Shown here: piece after piece, positions 36,537-45,432 of the stretch
Layout of the letters: every line of letters starts with the position of its first letter
How positions within the stretch are numbered: position 1 is the first letter of the stretch
Source: Dehalococcoidia bacterium
GTDB taxonomy: Bacteria; Chloroflexota; Dehalococcoidia; Bin125
Assembly (NCBI GenBank): GCA_022822855.1
Contig: JAJDYG010000019.1
Location: 36,475-100,474 of the forward strand
Reading direction: 5' to 3'
Length of the DNA stretch: 64,000 bases
Notes under the pieces: generated by a model
Database searches by the model: none
Seen by the model: only the letters and a program-made list of their open reading frames with translations
What the model was told of the DNA's origin: nothing
Program-made: the position numbers and the translations under genes

Positions 36537-37424
36537 CTAAGTTTGATCAGCTTTCCAGCCCAACGCCGAGGCCACCTCGGACGCTGCACGCGCGAAGTTC
36601 ATCGTGTAGATGTGCAGGCCCGGCGCTCCCAGCTCCAGCAGTTCCCGACCCAGCCTGGACGCGACCTCGACGCCGATCTCTCGCCGCTCGGCTGGGCTCG
36701 AAGCGCGCTCCAGGCGCTCACGGACCTCGGTCGGGAACTCGGTCGCGTTGAGCGCTGACATCCGCTCGATCCCCGCGACATTGGTGGGCGGCATGATTCC
36801 GGCGATCACCGGCGTGTCGACGCCTCGCGCGTCGAGCTGATTGACGAACTGTTCGTAGTACTCGGCTCGGTAGCCGAATTGCGTGATGGCGAAGTCCGCC
36901 TGGGCCAGTTTGCGTGTCTGGTGCGCCAGATCGGCCTCGACCGAGGCGGCCATCGGATGCCCCTCCGGATGCGCGGCGACGCCGATGTCCCAGTCTGCTC
37001 GTTTCCGGATGTATTGGACTAACTGTGCCGCGGTTTCGAAGGCAGGGAGCCGCCCAGAGTGAGGGAGCTGGGAGTTCGATTGCGGTTGGTCTCCGCGCAG
37101 AGCGAGGATGTTCTCGATGCCGTCCTGCCGGTATTCGTCGATGATCTGGGCGACCTCGTCGGGCGTATGAGCGACGCAGGTCAGGTGCGGCATCTCGGAG
37201 ACGCCGAGCGGCCCGTACTCGTCTCGAATCGCGCTGACCCAGTCGCGGGTCGGGCCTCGCGTCGTGCCGCCCGCGCCGTAGGTCACCGACATGAACTGTG
37301 GTCGATGCTGCGACAGCCTGGCCAGCGTCTGCCTCAGACGCTCCGCTCCGGCCTCGTCTCGCGGCGCCGAGAATTCGAAGGACAACGTTGGGCCCGCATC
37401 AAGCAAGTGCGTGATGCGGGCCAT
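36537..37424 (-). CDS. metF: 5,10-methylenetetrahydrofolate reductase
   Basis: LSFEFSAPRDEAGAERL ... FMSVTYGAGGTTRGPTRDW ... PEGHP ... FITQFGY are MetF family motifs. Confidence 0.7.
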   Translation of the reverse strand: MARITHLLDAGPTLSFEFSAPRDEAGAERLRQTLARLSQHRPQFMSVTYGAGGTTRGPTRDWVSAIRDEYGPLGVSEMPHLTCVAHTPDEVAQIIDEYRQDGIENILALRGDQPQSNSQLPHSGRLPAFETAAQLVQYIRKRADWDIGVAAHPEGHPMAASVEADLAHQTRKLAQADFAITQFGYRAEYYEQFVNQLDARGVDTPVIAGIMPPTNVAGIERMSALNATEFPTEVRERLERASSPAERREIGVEVASRLGRELLELGAPGLHIYTMNFARAASEVASALGWKADQT

Positions 37425-37432
37425 TGGGGAAG

Positions 37433-37513
37433 CCCCCCTCTGTCCGTACGGGACATCCCCGCATCAAGCAAGTGCGGGGTAGGGTTCCCCCCGCTGCGCG
37501 GAGGGAGAGGGAG
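37433..37513. repeat. Family B structured repeat, two-hairpin subtype; direct repeat of 36457-36530
   Basis: cccccctctgtccgtacgggacatccccgcatcaagcaagtgcggggtagggttccccccgctgcgcggagggagaggg. Confidence 0.6.
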
Positions 37514-37517
37514 ATTG

Positions 37518-37901
37518 TTAGATGCAGGAGCGGGCCTGGGAGGCACCGCCGCCAGCGGCGGTGTCGAAGCTCGAGCCGCAGGCGCAGGAGTGCGAGGCGT
37601 TCGGGTTCGAGATCGAGAAGCCCTGCTTCATCACATCGTCGATGTAGTCGACGCGCGAGCCGGCGATTAGCGGGGCCGATTCCTCGTCGACGAGGAAGCG
37701 GACGCCGTTCTTCTCGACGATCTGGTCGCCGGTTTCGGCGTCCATCGCGAGGGCCATGCCGTACTGGTAGCCGGAGCAGCCGCCGCCGACCACGAAGACG
37801 CGCAGCGCGCCCTCGGCGAAGCCCTTGTCCTCAAGCAGCGACTTGGCTTTCTCCGCCGCGAGGTCCGAAACGTCCAGCATCTCAGTCATCTGAAAGACCA
37901 T
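37518..37901 (-). CDS. Iron-sulfur cluster insertion/assembly protein (IscA/SufA/ErpA HesB family)
   Basis: RVFVVGGGCSGYQYGMALAMD and C-terminal CACGSSF are the three conserved Cys of A-type carriers. Confidence 0.65.
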   Translation of the reverse strand: MVFQMTEMLDVSDLAAEKAKSLLEDKGFAEGALRVFVVGGGCSGYQYGMALAMDAETGDQIVEKNGVRFLVDEESAPLIAGSRVDYIDDVMKQGFSISNPNASHSCACGSSFDTAAGGGASQARSCI

Positions 37902-38019
37902 GAAGCAGTCCTCTCAACAGGATGAGTTCACATACGAGCATAACCGACGTCTATGCCGCCCCGCCAGTGCCGGCCGCAGCGCGGCCAACGACGGCAGGCT
38001 ACTCCGTTACTCTGACCTC

Positions 38020-39183
38020 ATGGAACGTGCGTATTTTGACCACGCGGCGACGACTCCTCTGGACCCTCGGGTGTTGGAGGCGATGGCGCCGGCATTGCAG
38101 CATGGATGGGGGAATCCCTCGGGGATTTACCGCGAGGCCCAGTACGCGGCAGGGCTGTTGGACCAGGCTCGGGATGATATTGCGGGGGTGCTGGAATGCT
38201 CTCCTTCAGAGGTCGTGCTGACCTCGGGCGGCACGGAGTCCGACAACCTGGCGATTCGCGGAGCGGCGCTGGCCCGTCAGCACGCGGGTCGGCACTTGAT
38301 CACCCAGGCCACCGAGCATCATGCGGTGCTGCACACGATGGAGCAGCTCGAGCATGAGGGCTTCGAGTTGACAGTGCTGGGCGTCGACGCGGACGGGTTT
38401 GTCGATCCGGACGAGGTTGCCTCGGCGGTTCGCGAGGACACGACGGTCGTCAGCATCATGCTGGCCAACAACGAGATTGGGGCTGTGCAACCGCTGGCCG
38501 AGATCTCGCGGGCGGTGAAGGAGCGCAATCGGCGCGCGATTGTGCATACCGACGCCGTGCAGGCGGCGGGCGCGGTCGATATCCGTCCCGACGTGCTGGG
38601 CGTGGACCTGGTCTCGCTGACGGCTCACAAGATCTACGGACCGAAGGGCGCAGGCGCGCTCTATGTGCGGCGCCGGACGCCGCTGCAGCCGTTGCAGCTC
38701 GGCGGCGGTCAGGAAGAAGAGCGCCGGGCGGGCACGGAATCGGTGGCCCAGGCGGTGGGTCTGGCGACGGCGCTGACCCTGGCGGAAGAGGAGCGTGCGG
38801 CGCGGACGGACCACGCGTCGGAGCTGCGCAATCGGCTCTGGCGAGAGCTGAACGAGCGCGTCCATCCAATCAGGCTGAACGGACCGTCCGACTGGTCGCG
38901 GCGGCTGGCGAACAACCTGAATGTGAGTTTCCCCGGCGTCGAGGGCGAGAGCATCCTCCTGCAGCTTGATCTGGAGGGATTCGCCGCCTCCTCCGGCAGC
39001 GCCTGCAGCACGGGCAGCACCGAGCCGAGTCACGTGCTCAGCGCGATTGGTCTGGATCCCGACACCGCCCACGGCACCCTGCGTCTCAGTCTGGGCCAGT
39101 CGAACACCGAGGAACAGATCGACAGTATTGCCCGGTCGATCGAGCAGATCACGGCACGGCTACGGGCGCTGTCGCCTGTATAG
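38020..39183 (+). CDS. Cysteine desulfurase (IscS/NifS class V aminotransferase)
   Basis: YFDHAATTP ... VLTSGGTESDNLAIRG ... SLTAHKIYGPKGAGALYV (PLP-Lys) ... SSGSACSTGSTEPSHVL (active-site Cys loop). Confidence 0.7.
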   Translation: MERAYFDHAATTPLDPRVLEAMAPALQHGWGNPSGIYREAQYAAGLLDQARDDIAGVLECSPSEVVLTSGGTESDNLAIRGAALARQHAGRHLITQATEHHAVLHTMEQLEHEGFELTVLGVDADGFVDPDEVASAVREDTTVVSIMLANNEIGAVQPLAEISRAVKERNRRAIVHTDAVQAAGAVDIRPDVLGVDLVSLTAHKIYGPKGAGALYVRRRTPLQPLQLGGGQEEERRAGTESVAQAVGLATALTLAEEERAARTDHASELRNRLWRELNERVHPIRLNGPSDWSRRLANNLNVSFPGVEGESILLQLDLEGFAASSGSACSTGSTEPSHVLSAIGLDPDTAHGTLRLSLGQSNTEEQIDSIARSIEQITARLRALSPV

Positions 39184-39208
39184 GGTGAGTCGAGTCAGGA
39201 GCAGCCCA

Positions 39209-39883
39209 ATGGTCACTGCGGAGCCCAGGCCGTCAGCATCACTCACGGGAACGACGCAGCCCAGGCCGCCTGTCCGTGGTGTCTTTCCGGTCCGATTGAC
39301 GCTGCCCTCCGACTGGGAGCTGACCGATGACGTACTCAGCGAAATGGGATCACTCAATGAACTGTGGCGATTCGAAGTCGACAAGTCCGGTTGTCTGCTG
39401 ATCATGTCGCCATCGTTCCCACTCAGCGGGATACGCGCCGGACGGATTCTCTCTCAGCTCGTTGTCTGGTCGGACGAGCACAATTCAGGTATCGTCGCCG
39501 ATTCCAGCTCGATGTTCCGATTGCCGAACGACGAGGTCAGGGTGCCTGACACAGCATGGATAAGCGATGAACGGTTGCAATCGGTATCTGAAGACCTGGA
39601 AGGAGCCTGGCACATCTGCCCGGATTTCGTCGTCGAAGTCCGTTCAGGATCTGACCAACTCGCAGATCTGCAGATCAAGATGGAGATGTGGGTGTCGCAG
39701 GGGGCGCGATTGGCGTGGCTCGTCGATCCGTACGAGGACGCGCTCTGGATCTACCGACCGGAGCAAGAGCCGGAGCGTCTGCAGCGGCCCGACAGAGTGA
39801 CAGCGACCGAGATCGCCGACGATCTGGTGATCGACTTCACCCGCATCTGGCCGGATCGGAAGGCTCGCGATGGTCACGGCTGA
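39209..39883 (+). CDS. Uma2 family (DUF820) PD-(D/E)xK endonuclease-like protein, copy 1
   Basis: LELTD..L.E..SLNE.W..E.D ... CPDFVVEVRS ... MEMWVSQGARLAWLVDP is the DUF820 pattern. Confidence 0.55.
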   Translation: MVTAEPRPSASLTGTTQPRPPVRGVFPVRLTLPSDWELTDDVLSEMGSLNELWRFEVDKSGCLLIMSPSFPLSGIRAGRILSQLVVWSDEHNSGIVADSSSMFRLPNDEVRVPDTAWISDERLQSVSEDLEGAWHICPDFVVEVRSGSDQLADLQIKMEMWVSQGARLAWLVDPYEDALWIYRPEQEPERLQRPDRVTATEIADDLVIDFTRIWPDRKARDGHG

Positions 39884-40550
39884 GCGATCTGAGGCAGCGG
39901 GCCTCGCGGCCACGGTCGCGTCAAGGGGAGCCTGGGAGACTGCGCCGCGGGCGTTTCCACTGCGCCTGCAATTGCCGCGCGACTGGGAGCTGACGGACGA
40001 GCGACTCCTGGAGTTGGGGTCGCTAAATGAAGAGTGGTACCTCGAGGCCGACTGCGAGGGAGGACTGTTCATGGCGCCGCCACCAGGACCGCTGAGCGGC
40101 AAGCGGGAGTTGCGGATCGGCTCGCAGATTCTCAACTGGAGTGACGCCGCCAAGAGAGGGGACGCATTTCCTTCGGCCACATTTCGGCTGGCAAATGGTT
40201 GGCGGCGCGCACCAGACGCGGCCTGGGTCAGCGATGAACGTCTCTCAGGGATCGCCGCCGACGATGAGGGGGTCTGGGCAGTTTGTCCCGACTTCATAGT
40301 GGAAGTGCGTTCAGCGAACGATCAACTGGGTCTCTTGCGAGAGAAGATGGAGATGTGGGTGTCGCAGGGGGCGCGATTGGCGTGGCTCGTCGATCCGTAC
40401 GAGGACGCGCTCTGGATCTACCGACCGGAGCAAGAGCCGGAGCGTCTGCAGCGGCCCGACAGCGTGACAGCGACCGAGATCGCCGACGATCTGGTGATCG
40501 ACTTCACCCGCATCTGGCCGGATCGGAAGGCTCGCGATGGTCACGGCTGA
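39870..40550 (+). CDS. Uma2 family (DUF820) endonuclease-like protein, copy 2
   Basis: Same family. Its 3' ~190 bp are identical to copy 1, and it overlaps copy 1 by the 14-nt ATGGTCACGGCTGA junction. Confidence 0.55.
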   Translation: MVTAERSEAAGLAATVASRGAWETAPRAFPLRLQLPRDWELTDERLLELGSLNEEWYLEADCEGGLFMAPPPGPLSGKRELRIGSQILNWSDAAKRGDAFPSATFRLANGWRRAPDAAWVSDERLSGIAADDEGVWAVCPDFIVEVRSANDQLGLLREKMEMWVSQGARLAWLVDPYEDALWIYRPEQEPERLQRPDSVTATEIADDLVIDFTRIWPDRKARDGHG

Positions 40551-41220
40551 GCGATCTGAGGCAGCGGTCCCCGCGGCGACGGTCGCTGCAAAGGAAGCCT
40601 GGGAAGTTACGCCGGAGGCGTTTCCGTTGCGCCTGCAGTTGCCATCCGACTGGGAGTTGACGGATGAGTGCTTCCTCGAACTGGGCCGCCTCAACGAGGG
40701 CTGGCGGATTGAAGCGGACGGCGAAGGAGGCCTGCTGATCATGGCGCCAACCGGTCCGATGAGCAGTGCCCGGGGAAGCAGCGCCCTGGCTCAAATCTGG
40801 GTCTGGAGCGACGCACACGAGTCGGGAATGGTCTTCGATTCGAGCGCCACCTTCCTGCTGGCCAACGGTGATCGCCGGATGCCCGATGCAGCCTGGATTA
40901 GCGACGAACGGCTGGCGGAGATTGCCGACGACGATGACATCATCTGGCGAATCTGCCCCGATTTCGTCGTCGAGGTGCGATCACAGTCCGACCGGCTGGC
41001 GCCTCAACAGGTGAAGATGGAGTTGTGGATCTCGCAGGGCGCCCGGCTTGCATGGCTTGTCGATCCGTTGGAGGAAACGGTCTGGATTTACCGACCGGGG
41101 CAAGAGCCGGAGCAGGTCGAGCGGCCCGAGAGCGTGACGGCGACGGAGATTGCGGATGATCTGGTGATCGACTTCACTCGGATCTGGCCGCAGCGGGATC
41201 AAGGGTCAGAGACCAGCTGA
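40537..41220 (+). CDS. Uma2 family (DUF820) endonuclease-like protein, copy 3
   Basis: Same family but more diverged. The junction with copy 2 is identical to the copy 1/copy 2 junction. Confidence 0.55.
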   Translation: MVTAERSEAAVPAATVAAKEAWEVTPEAFPLRLQLPSDWELTDECFLELGRLNEGWRIEADGEGGLLIMAPTGPMSSARGSSALAQIWVWSDAHESGMVFDSSATFLLANGDRRMPDAAWISDERLAEIADDDDIIWRICPDFVVEVRSQSDRLAPQQVKMELWISQGARLAWLVDPLEETVWIYRPGQEPEQVERPESVTATEIADDLVIDFTRIWPQRDQGSETS

Positions 41221-42319
41221 CATCAGTACCGAGGAATCGGGCGATCTCGGCGAACTCCGATTCCAGTTGAGACCGCGCGTCGTCCGAGAACGGTTCGAAG
41301 CAAGTGACGCTCACGGCCAGTCCCCGCGCTCGACGCTTGCGTTCCCAGGTGCCGACGAGCCGGCCGTCGATGATCACGCATGAACGGATCATCCCGCCGC
41401 CGGCGTTGATTCGTTTGAGCAGCGGCTCTTCAACGCCGAGTTGTCGTTTGGCGTAGCCGAGCAGATACGGATCGAACGGGCCCAGCACTCGCACGACCTC
41501 CGCCGGGTCCGAGAGGACCTCATCGATGCGGGCCGCCGAGTCCGGGGTCATCCACATCTCCGCGCCGTCAACGCTGACTCCGTTGAGCTCGTCGGCGAGC
41601 GCGGTGAATCCGCGCCGAGCGTCCGCCGCGGGCAAGCCCGTCCACCAGCGGAAGTCGGCGGCGGTCGCGGGTCCGTAGGCCGAGAAGTAGCGGCGCGCGA
41701 GCTCTGCCCACGGATCGGCCGGCGGCTCGTCGTCGGGCAGCCAATCGTCGATCAGGATGTGAGTCTCATCGTCGTCTTGATCGGGCCCGAAACAGATCAC
41801 TCCAAGCATCGACGCGGTTCGCAAGAGATGCCGCGGCGCTTGACTTTCTGCGGGGAGTCCGGCTGCGGCGAGCACGTCGGTGACTTCGGTCCGCTTCAGG
41901 GTTCCTCGGCGAGTGAGATCGGCTCGGAAGAAGTCGAGGACTCTGGCGTGGTCCTCGGGGCTGATGCCCAGATCGGCGCGGCGCTTGAGCGCCTTGGCAT
42001 CCATCGCCTGGCCGAGCAGGCCGAGCATCCAGCGGAAGTCTTCGGCGGGAACCAGATGCAGGGTGCCTCGCATGAGCCAGCTACGCACGACGGTTCGCTC
42101 GACGTTGCGGGCCCGCTCCACGTCCTCGGCGGTCAGTCCGACCGAACGAGTTCCCACTCCCAGCAACCAACCGAGGCGGTCCTGCGCCTGGATCGCGCCA
42201 GCCTGTCGCACGGCTCCGGCGACATCGGCCGCGCGCGCCGCGCCGAGCCCCTGCGCGTGCGTTCGCAGGCGTCGGGCCTCGGACCAGTTGAGCGAGACGG
42301 GATTGCGACCTGCCGGCAT
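41174..42319 (-). CDS. Winged-helix DNA-binding domain protein of the AlkZ/YcaQ (HTH_42) DNA glycosylase-like family
   Basis: Length and motifs WLMRGTLHLVPAEDFRWM ... FDPYLLGY ... fit the HTH_42/DUF1006 pattern. Confidence 0.5.
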   Translation of the reverse strand: MPAGRNPVSLNWSEARRLRTHAQGLGAARAADVAGAVRQAGAIQAQDRLGWLLGVGTRSVGLTAEDVERARNVERTVVRSWLMRGTLHLVPAEDFRWMLGLLGQAMDAKALKRRADLGISPEDHARVLDFFRADLTRRGTLKRTEVTDVLAAAGLPAESQAPRHLLRTASMLGVICFGPDQDDDETHILIDDWLPDDEPPADPWAELARRYFSAYGPATAADFRWWTGLPAADARRGFTALADELNGVSVDGAEMWMTPDSAARIDEVLSDPAEVVRVLGPFDPYLLGYAKRQLGVEEPLLKRINAGGGMIRSCVIIDGRLVGTWERKRRARGLAVSVTCFEPFSDDARSQLESEFAEIARFLGTDVSWSLTLDPAAARSE

Positions 42320-42399
42320 GGTGTCCGTTCTTGCTGTCCGCTCCTACCCGGTTTCCGCCGACCTCAGGCTAGGACAGGCGAGTTGGTAGGCTCACGCTC

Positions 42400-43182
42400 G
42401 TGACCACTCCTCGACGCGACGAATGGCAGCCCGACCAGTACGCCCGCTTCAAGGCGGAGCGGGAGCAGCCGTTTTACGACCTGTTGGACCTGGTCGAGGC
42501 GATTCCAGAGGGCCGGGTCGTCGATCTGGGCTGCGGCACGGGCAAGCTCACTCGAGTGCTGCACGAGCGGACGCAGGCGGCGGAGACGGTTGGGCTGGAT
42601 CGCTCCGACGCGATGCTGGAGCAGACGGCGCAGTACGCCGGCGGAGGCGTCCGGTTTGAGCGGGGCGACATCGGGGAGTTCTCGGACTCCGGGCTGGACG
42701 TCGTCTTCGCCAACGCGTCGATCCAGTGGGTGCCCGACCACGCGGCGCTGTTTCCCCGGCTGGCAGCGACGCTCGGGCCGGGCGGCCAGCTCGCGGTGCA
42801 GATGCCGGCCAACGAGGATCATCCCTCGCACGCGGTCGCTCGGGAGGTGGCAACCCACTCGCCGCACGCCGAAGCGCTGGGCGGCTTCGTCTACCGCCAC
42901 TCGATTGAGCCGGAGGAGTGGTACGCCGAGCAGTTCGCGCGGATTGGCTTCGCCGAGCAGCACGTGCGAGTCCAGGTCTACCTGCACCGGCTGCCGGGGC
43001 GGGAGGATGTCGTCGAGTGGGTCAAGGGGTCGCTGCTGACCGGCTACCGCGATCGGATGGCGGCGGAGGACTACGAGCTGTTTCTGGCCGACTATCGGGA
43101 GCGGTTGCTGTCGGTGCTGCCGGACGAGCGGCCGTTCCTGTATCCGTTCAAGCGGCTACTGCTGTGGGGGCGGATGGGGTAA
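42400..43182 (+). CDS. tam: Trans-aconitate 2-methyltransferase-like class I SAM methyltransferase
   Basis: QPDQYARFKAEREQPFYDLLDLV ... VVDLGCGTGKLT ... VFANASIQWVPDH closely matches the Tam family. GTG start. Confidence 0.55.
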   Translation: MTTPRRDEWQPDQYARFKAEREQPFYDLLDLVEAIPEGRVVDLGCGTGKLTRVLHERTQAAETVGLDRSDAMLEQTAQYAGGGVRFERGDIGEFSDSGLDVVFANASIQWVPDHAALFPRLAATLGPGGQLAVQMPANEDHPSHAVAREVATHSPHAEALGGFVYRHSIEPEEWYAEQFARIGFAEQHVRVQVYLHRLPGREDVVEWVKGSLLTGYRDRMAAEDYELFLADYRERLLSVLPDERPFLYPFKRLLLWGRMG

Positions 43183-43473
43183 GCGGGTGTCAATTTCTGC
43201 TAGTTTTTCCTAGTTTCGACCAAGTATTTTCGCCTCGTTATGTTCGGGATTCTTGCGGATTTCCTGTGCTTTGCTGGGTTTCGTGATCGGGGTTCGGGTT
43301 TCAGGCGGGAAATTTTTTCCGCCGGCCGCCGACGCAGCGAAGCCGGGGGGTCCGGAGCTAGTCGCTCTCCTGTTCTTGGTTCATGATAGCGGGTTGTTGG
43401 AGGGTTTGTTGGACGCCCTGTTGACGCCGAGGTATATCCTGTCATTGTGGCGAACCGCTGAGGGAGCGTGAAC

Positions 43474-43644
43474 ATGACGACTCAGGAAGAATCGAGACCG
43501 GCAACGCTCTCGGAGTTGTTCCTGGTTCGAGATCAACTCAACAGCCGGATCGATGACCTCCAGAAAGTGATGTTCTGGGGATTCGGGCTGTTGGCGGCGC
43601 TGCTCATCGCATTGCTTGGTGTGGTCCTGAGCGGAGCAGGCTGA
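43474..43644 (+). CDS. Small (56 aa) single-pass membrane protein with N-terminal helical segment; paralog of 47734-47982
   Basis: ORF below the 60-aa track cut-off: ...LNSRIDDLQKVMFWGFGLLAALLIALLGVVLSGAG. Shares N.RIDDL...W-G...LLxALLG with the 82-aa protein. Confidence 0.3.
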   Translation: MTTQEESRPATLSELFLVRDQLNSRIDDLQKVMFWGFGLLAALLIALLGVVLSGAG

Positions 43645-43650
43645 CCAACC

Positions 43651-45279
43651 TCACCCCTCCAACTTCGGCTGTACGCCTTCCCGACGGCGGCGGCGCGGGG
43701 CCTTGCGGAAGGTCTGGGGGGCGGCGAAGCGGGGGTAGTCGGGCTGGGCGCCGTCGAGGAGCTGCTCGATGGTCAGGATCTGGACCTTCGGATAGCGGTT
43801 GCCGGGCAGACTCTCCGGCTCGTAGAAGCCCGCGCCGATCGCTTCCTGGCGCATGGGCTCGGTCGGCTCTTCGAGCGTGATGAAGATGCCGACGGCGGCT
43901 TCCTCGCGATCCATGTCGCCTTTCAGCGTGGCGATCATCCCGCGGTTCACGTGGCCGCTCTTGACCTGGACGATGATCCGCCTGGCCTTGCCCGAGTTGT
44001 CGTCGAAGAAGTTGATGTAGCCGTCGATGCCGGAGTCGGCGCCCTTCTTGCCCGTCGCGGGGCGGGCGTCGACGAGGCCGAGGGCCCAGTACTCGAACTG
44101 GTAGCGGCCGTCGTGCTCCGACTCCGTCGCCAGCGCCCGAGCGCTGGCGACGTCCTGGGGCAGACCGATCACTGAGTACTCGGACAACTCTGAGCCGAAC
44201 GTGTCGTGGAGGCGGTGTTTCATCAGCGACACGGCAAGATGCGTGATGTCTATGCCGATCCAGCGCCTCTTCAGGCGCTCGGCGACAGCGACCGCGGTAC
44301 CGCATCCGCAGAACGGATCGAGAATGACATCGCCTTCGTTGCTGCAGGCACTAATGATGCGCTCAAGTAGCGCTTCAGGCTTCTGGGTCGGATATCCGAG
44401 ACGCTCTTGGTGCCAGGAGCGTAAAGCTTCAATGTCGGTCCAATTGTCCTGAACGGCCAGACCTCGCGCCTCGTCCAGATACCGCTTGATACGAGGTATG
44501 CCGTTCCGCGTGTAGAAGATTCTTCCCTCGGCGTCCAGGCGAGCCATCGTTGACTCGGGAACGCGCCACAATCTGGTTACGCCCTTCCATTCATATGTAT
44601 AGCCACCTCCTTGCAGTCCACCAGCCCCCAGGTCTCCGGACATGAAGCGCCGGCCATCATCATCCGTGTATCGATAGTACTGTTCAACGTATTGAGGATC
44701 GTAGTCTTGGTACTCTTGATTCCAGAGGTAATCGCTTGAGTTCGAAAAGAACATCAGAACATCGTGGACCGAACCGTATCTCCTTGCATCGCTGTGAGCG
44801 CTTGTCCTCTTCCAGATGATCTCGTTGCGGTAGTTGTCATGTCCGAACACCGCGTCCAACAGCAGCTTGATGTAGTGGCTGGCCGTCGGGTCGCAGTGGA
44901 GGTAGATGCTCCCCGTGGGCTTGAGCACTCGGCGGAGTTCGGCCAGCCGCTGGGCCATCATCGTCAGGTAGGCCATCATGTCGTTCTGGCCCAGGAAGGC
45001 TCGCATCGCCTGGAGCAGGCTTGCGAGCCGCTCCGGACCCTGCGTCACCACCTCGCGGTAGGCGGCCTCCGAGCCAAGGTCCCAGTGCCAGGTGTCGTCG
45101 AAGGCCGTGATCTGCGCGGCCGAGTCCTCGCCCGTCTTCTCCTCGAAGAGGACGTTGTAGGTGGCGTTGGAATTGAAGGGCGGGTCGAGGTAGATCAGGT
45201 CGACGGACTCGTCGGGGATGTGTTCGCGGAGGACGCTGAGGTTGTCGCCGAAGTAGAGCTGGTTGGTCCAGGTGGTCAT
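43651..45279 (-). CDS. N4/N6 DNA methyltransferase (beta class) fused to C-terminal Mrr-like restriction endonuclease domain
   Basis: DPPF motif (DLIYLDPPFNSNATY), SAM motif TQKPEALLERIISACSNEGDVILDPFCGCGTAV, and a C-terminal GADSGIDGYI ... RIIVQVKSG (D..QxK nuclease-like core). Confidence 0.65.
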   Translation of the reverse strand: MTTWTNQLYFGDNLSVLREHIPDESVDLIYLDPPFNSNATYNVLFEEKTGEDSAAQITAFDDTWHWDLGSEAAYREVVTQGPERLASLLQAMRAFLGQNDMMAYLTMMAQRLAELRRVLKPTGSIYLHCDPTASHYIKLLLDAVFGHDNYRNEIIWKRTSAHSDARRYGSVHDVLMFFSNSSDYLWNQEYQDYDPQYVEQYYRYTDDDGRRFMSGDLGAGGLQGGGYTYEWKGVTRLWRVPESTMARLDAEGRIFYTRNGIPRIKRYLDEARGLAVQDNWTDIEALRSWHQERLGYPTQKPEALLERIISACSNEGDVILDPFCGCGTAVAVAERLKRRWIGIDITHLAVSLMKHRLHDTFGSELSEYSVIGLPQDVASARALATESEHDGRYQFEYWALGLVDARPATGKKGADSGIDGYINFFDDNSGKARRIIVQVKSGHVNRGMIATLKGDMDREEAAVGIFITLEEPTEPMRQEAIGAGFYEPESLPGNRYPKVQILTIEQLLDGAQPDYPRFAAPQTFRKAPRRRRREGVQPKLEG

Positions 45280-45432
45280 GTCCCCACTCTACCTCCTACA
45301 ACAGACTTGTCCCACGGAGGGAAAGGAGCGCAGAGGTGCCCTCTCCCCTCCGTGATTGTCGCGCATGCAGGAGTCCATTCGAGTAGCGCATGTCGAAGGG
45401 GAGAACAACGTACTTGACTCGCATTTTACCAC

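Noticed and set aside
43200-43475. 72-aa plus-strand and 91-aa minus-strand ORFs in the AT-richer leader before the small membrane protein gene
   Set aside because: They are short and overlapping, lie in what looks like a promoter/leader region, and have no protein-like features.
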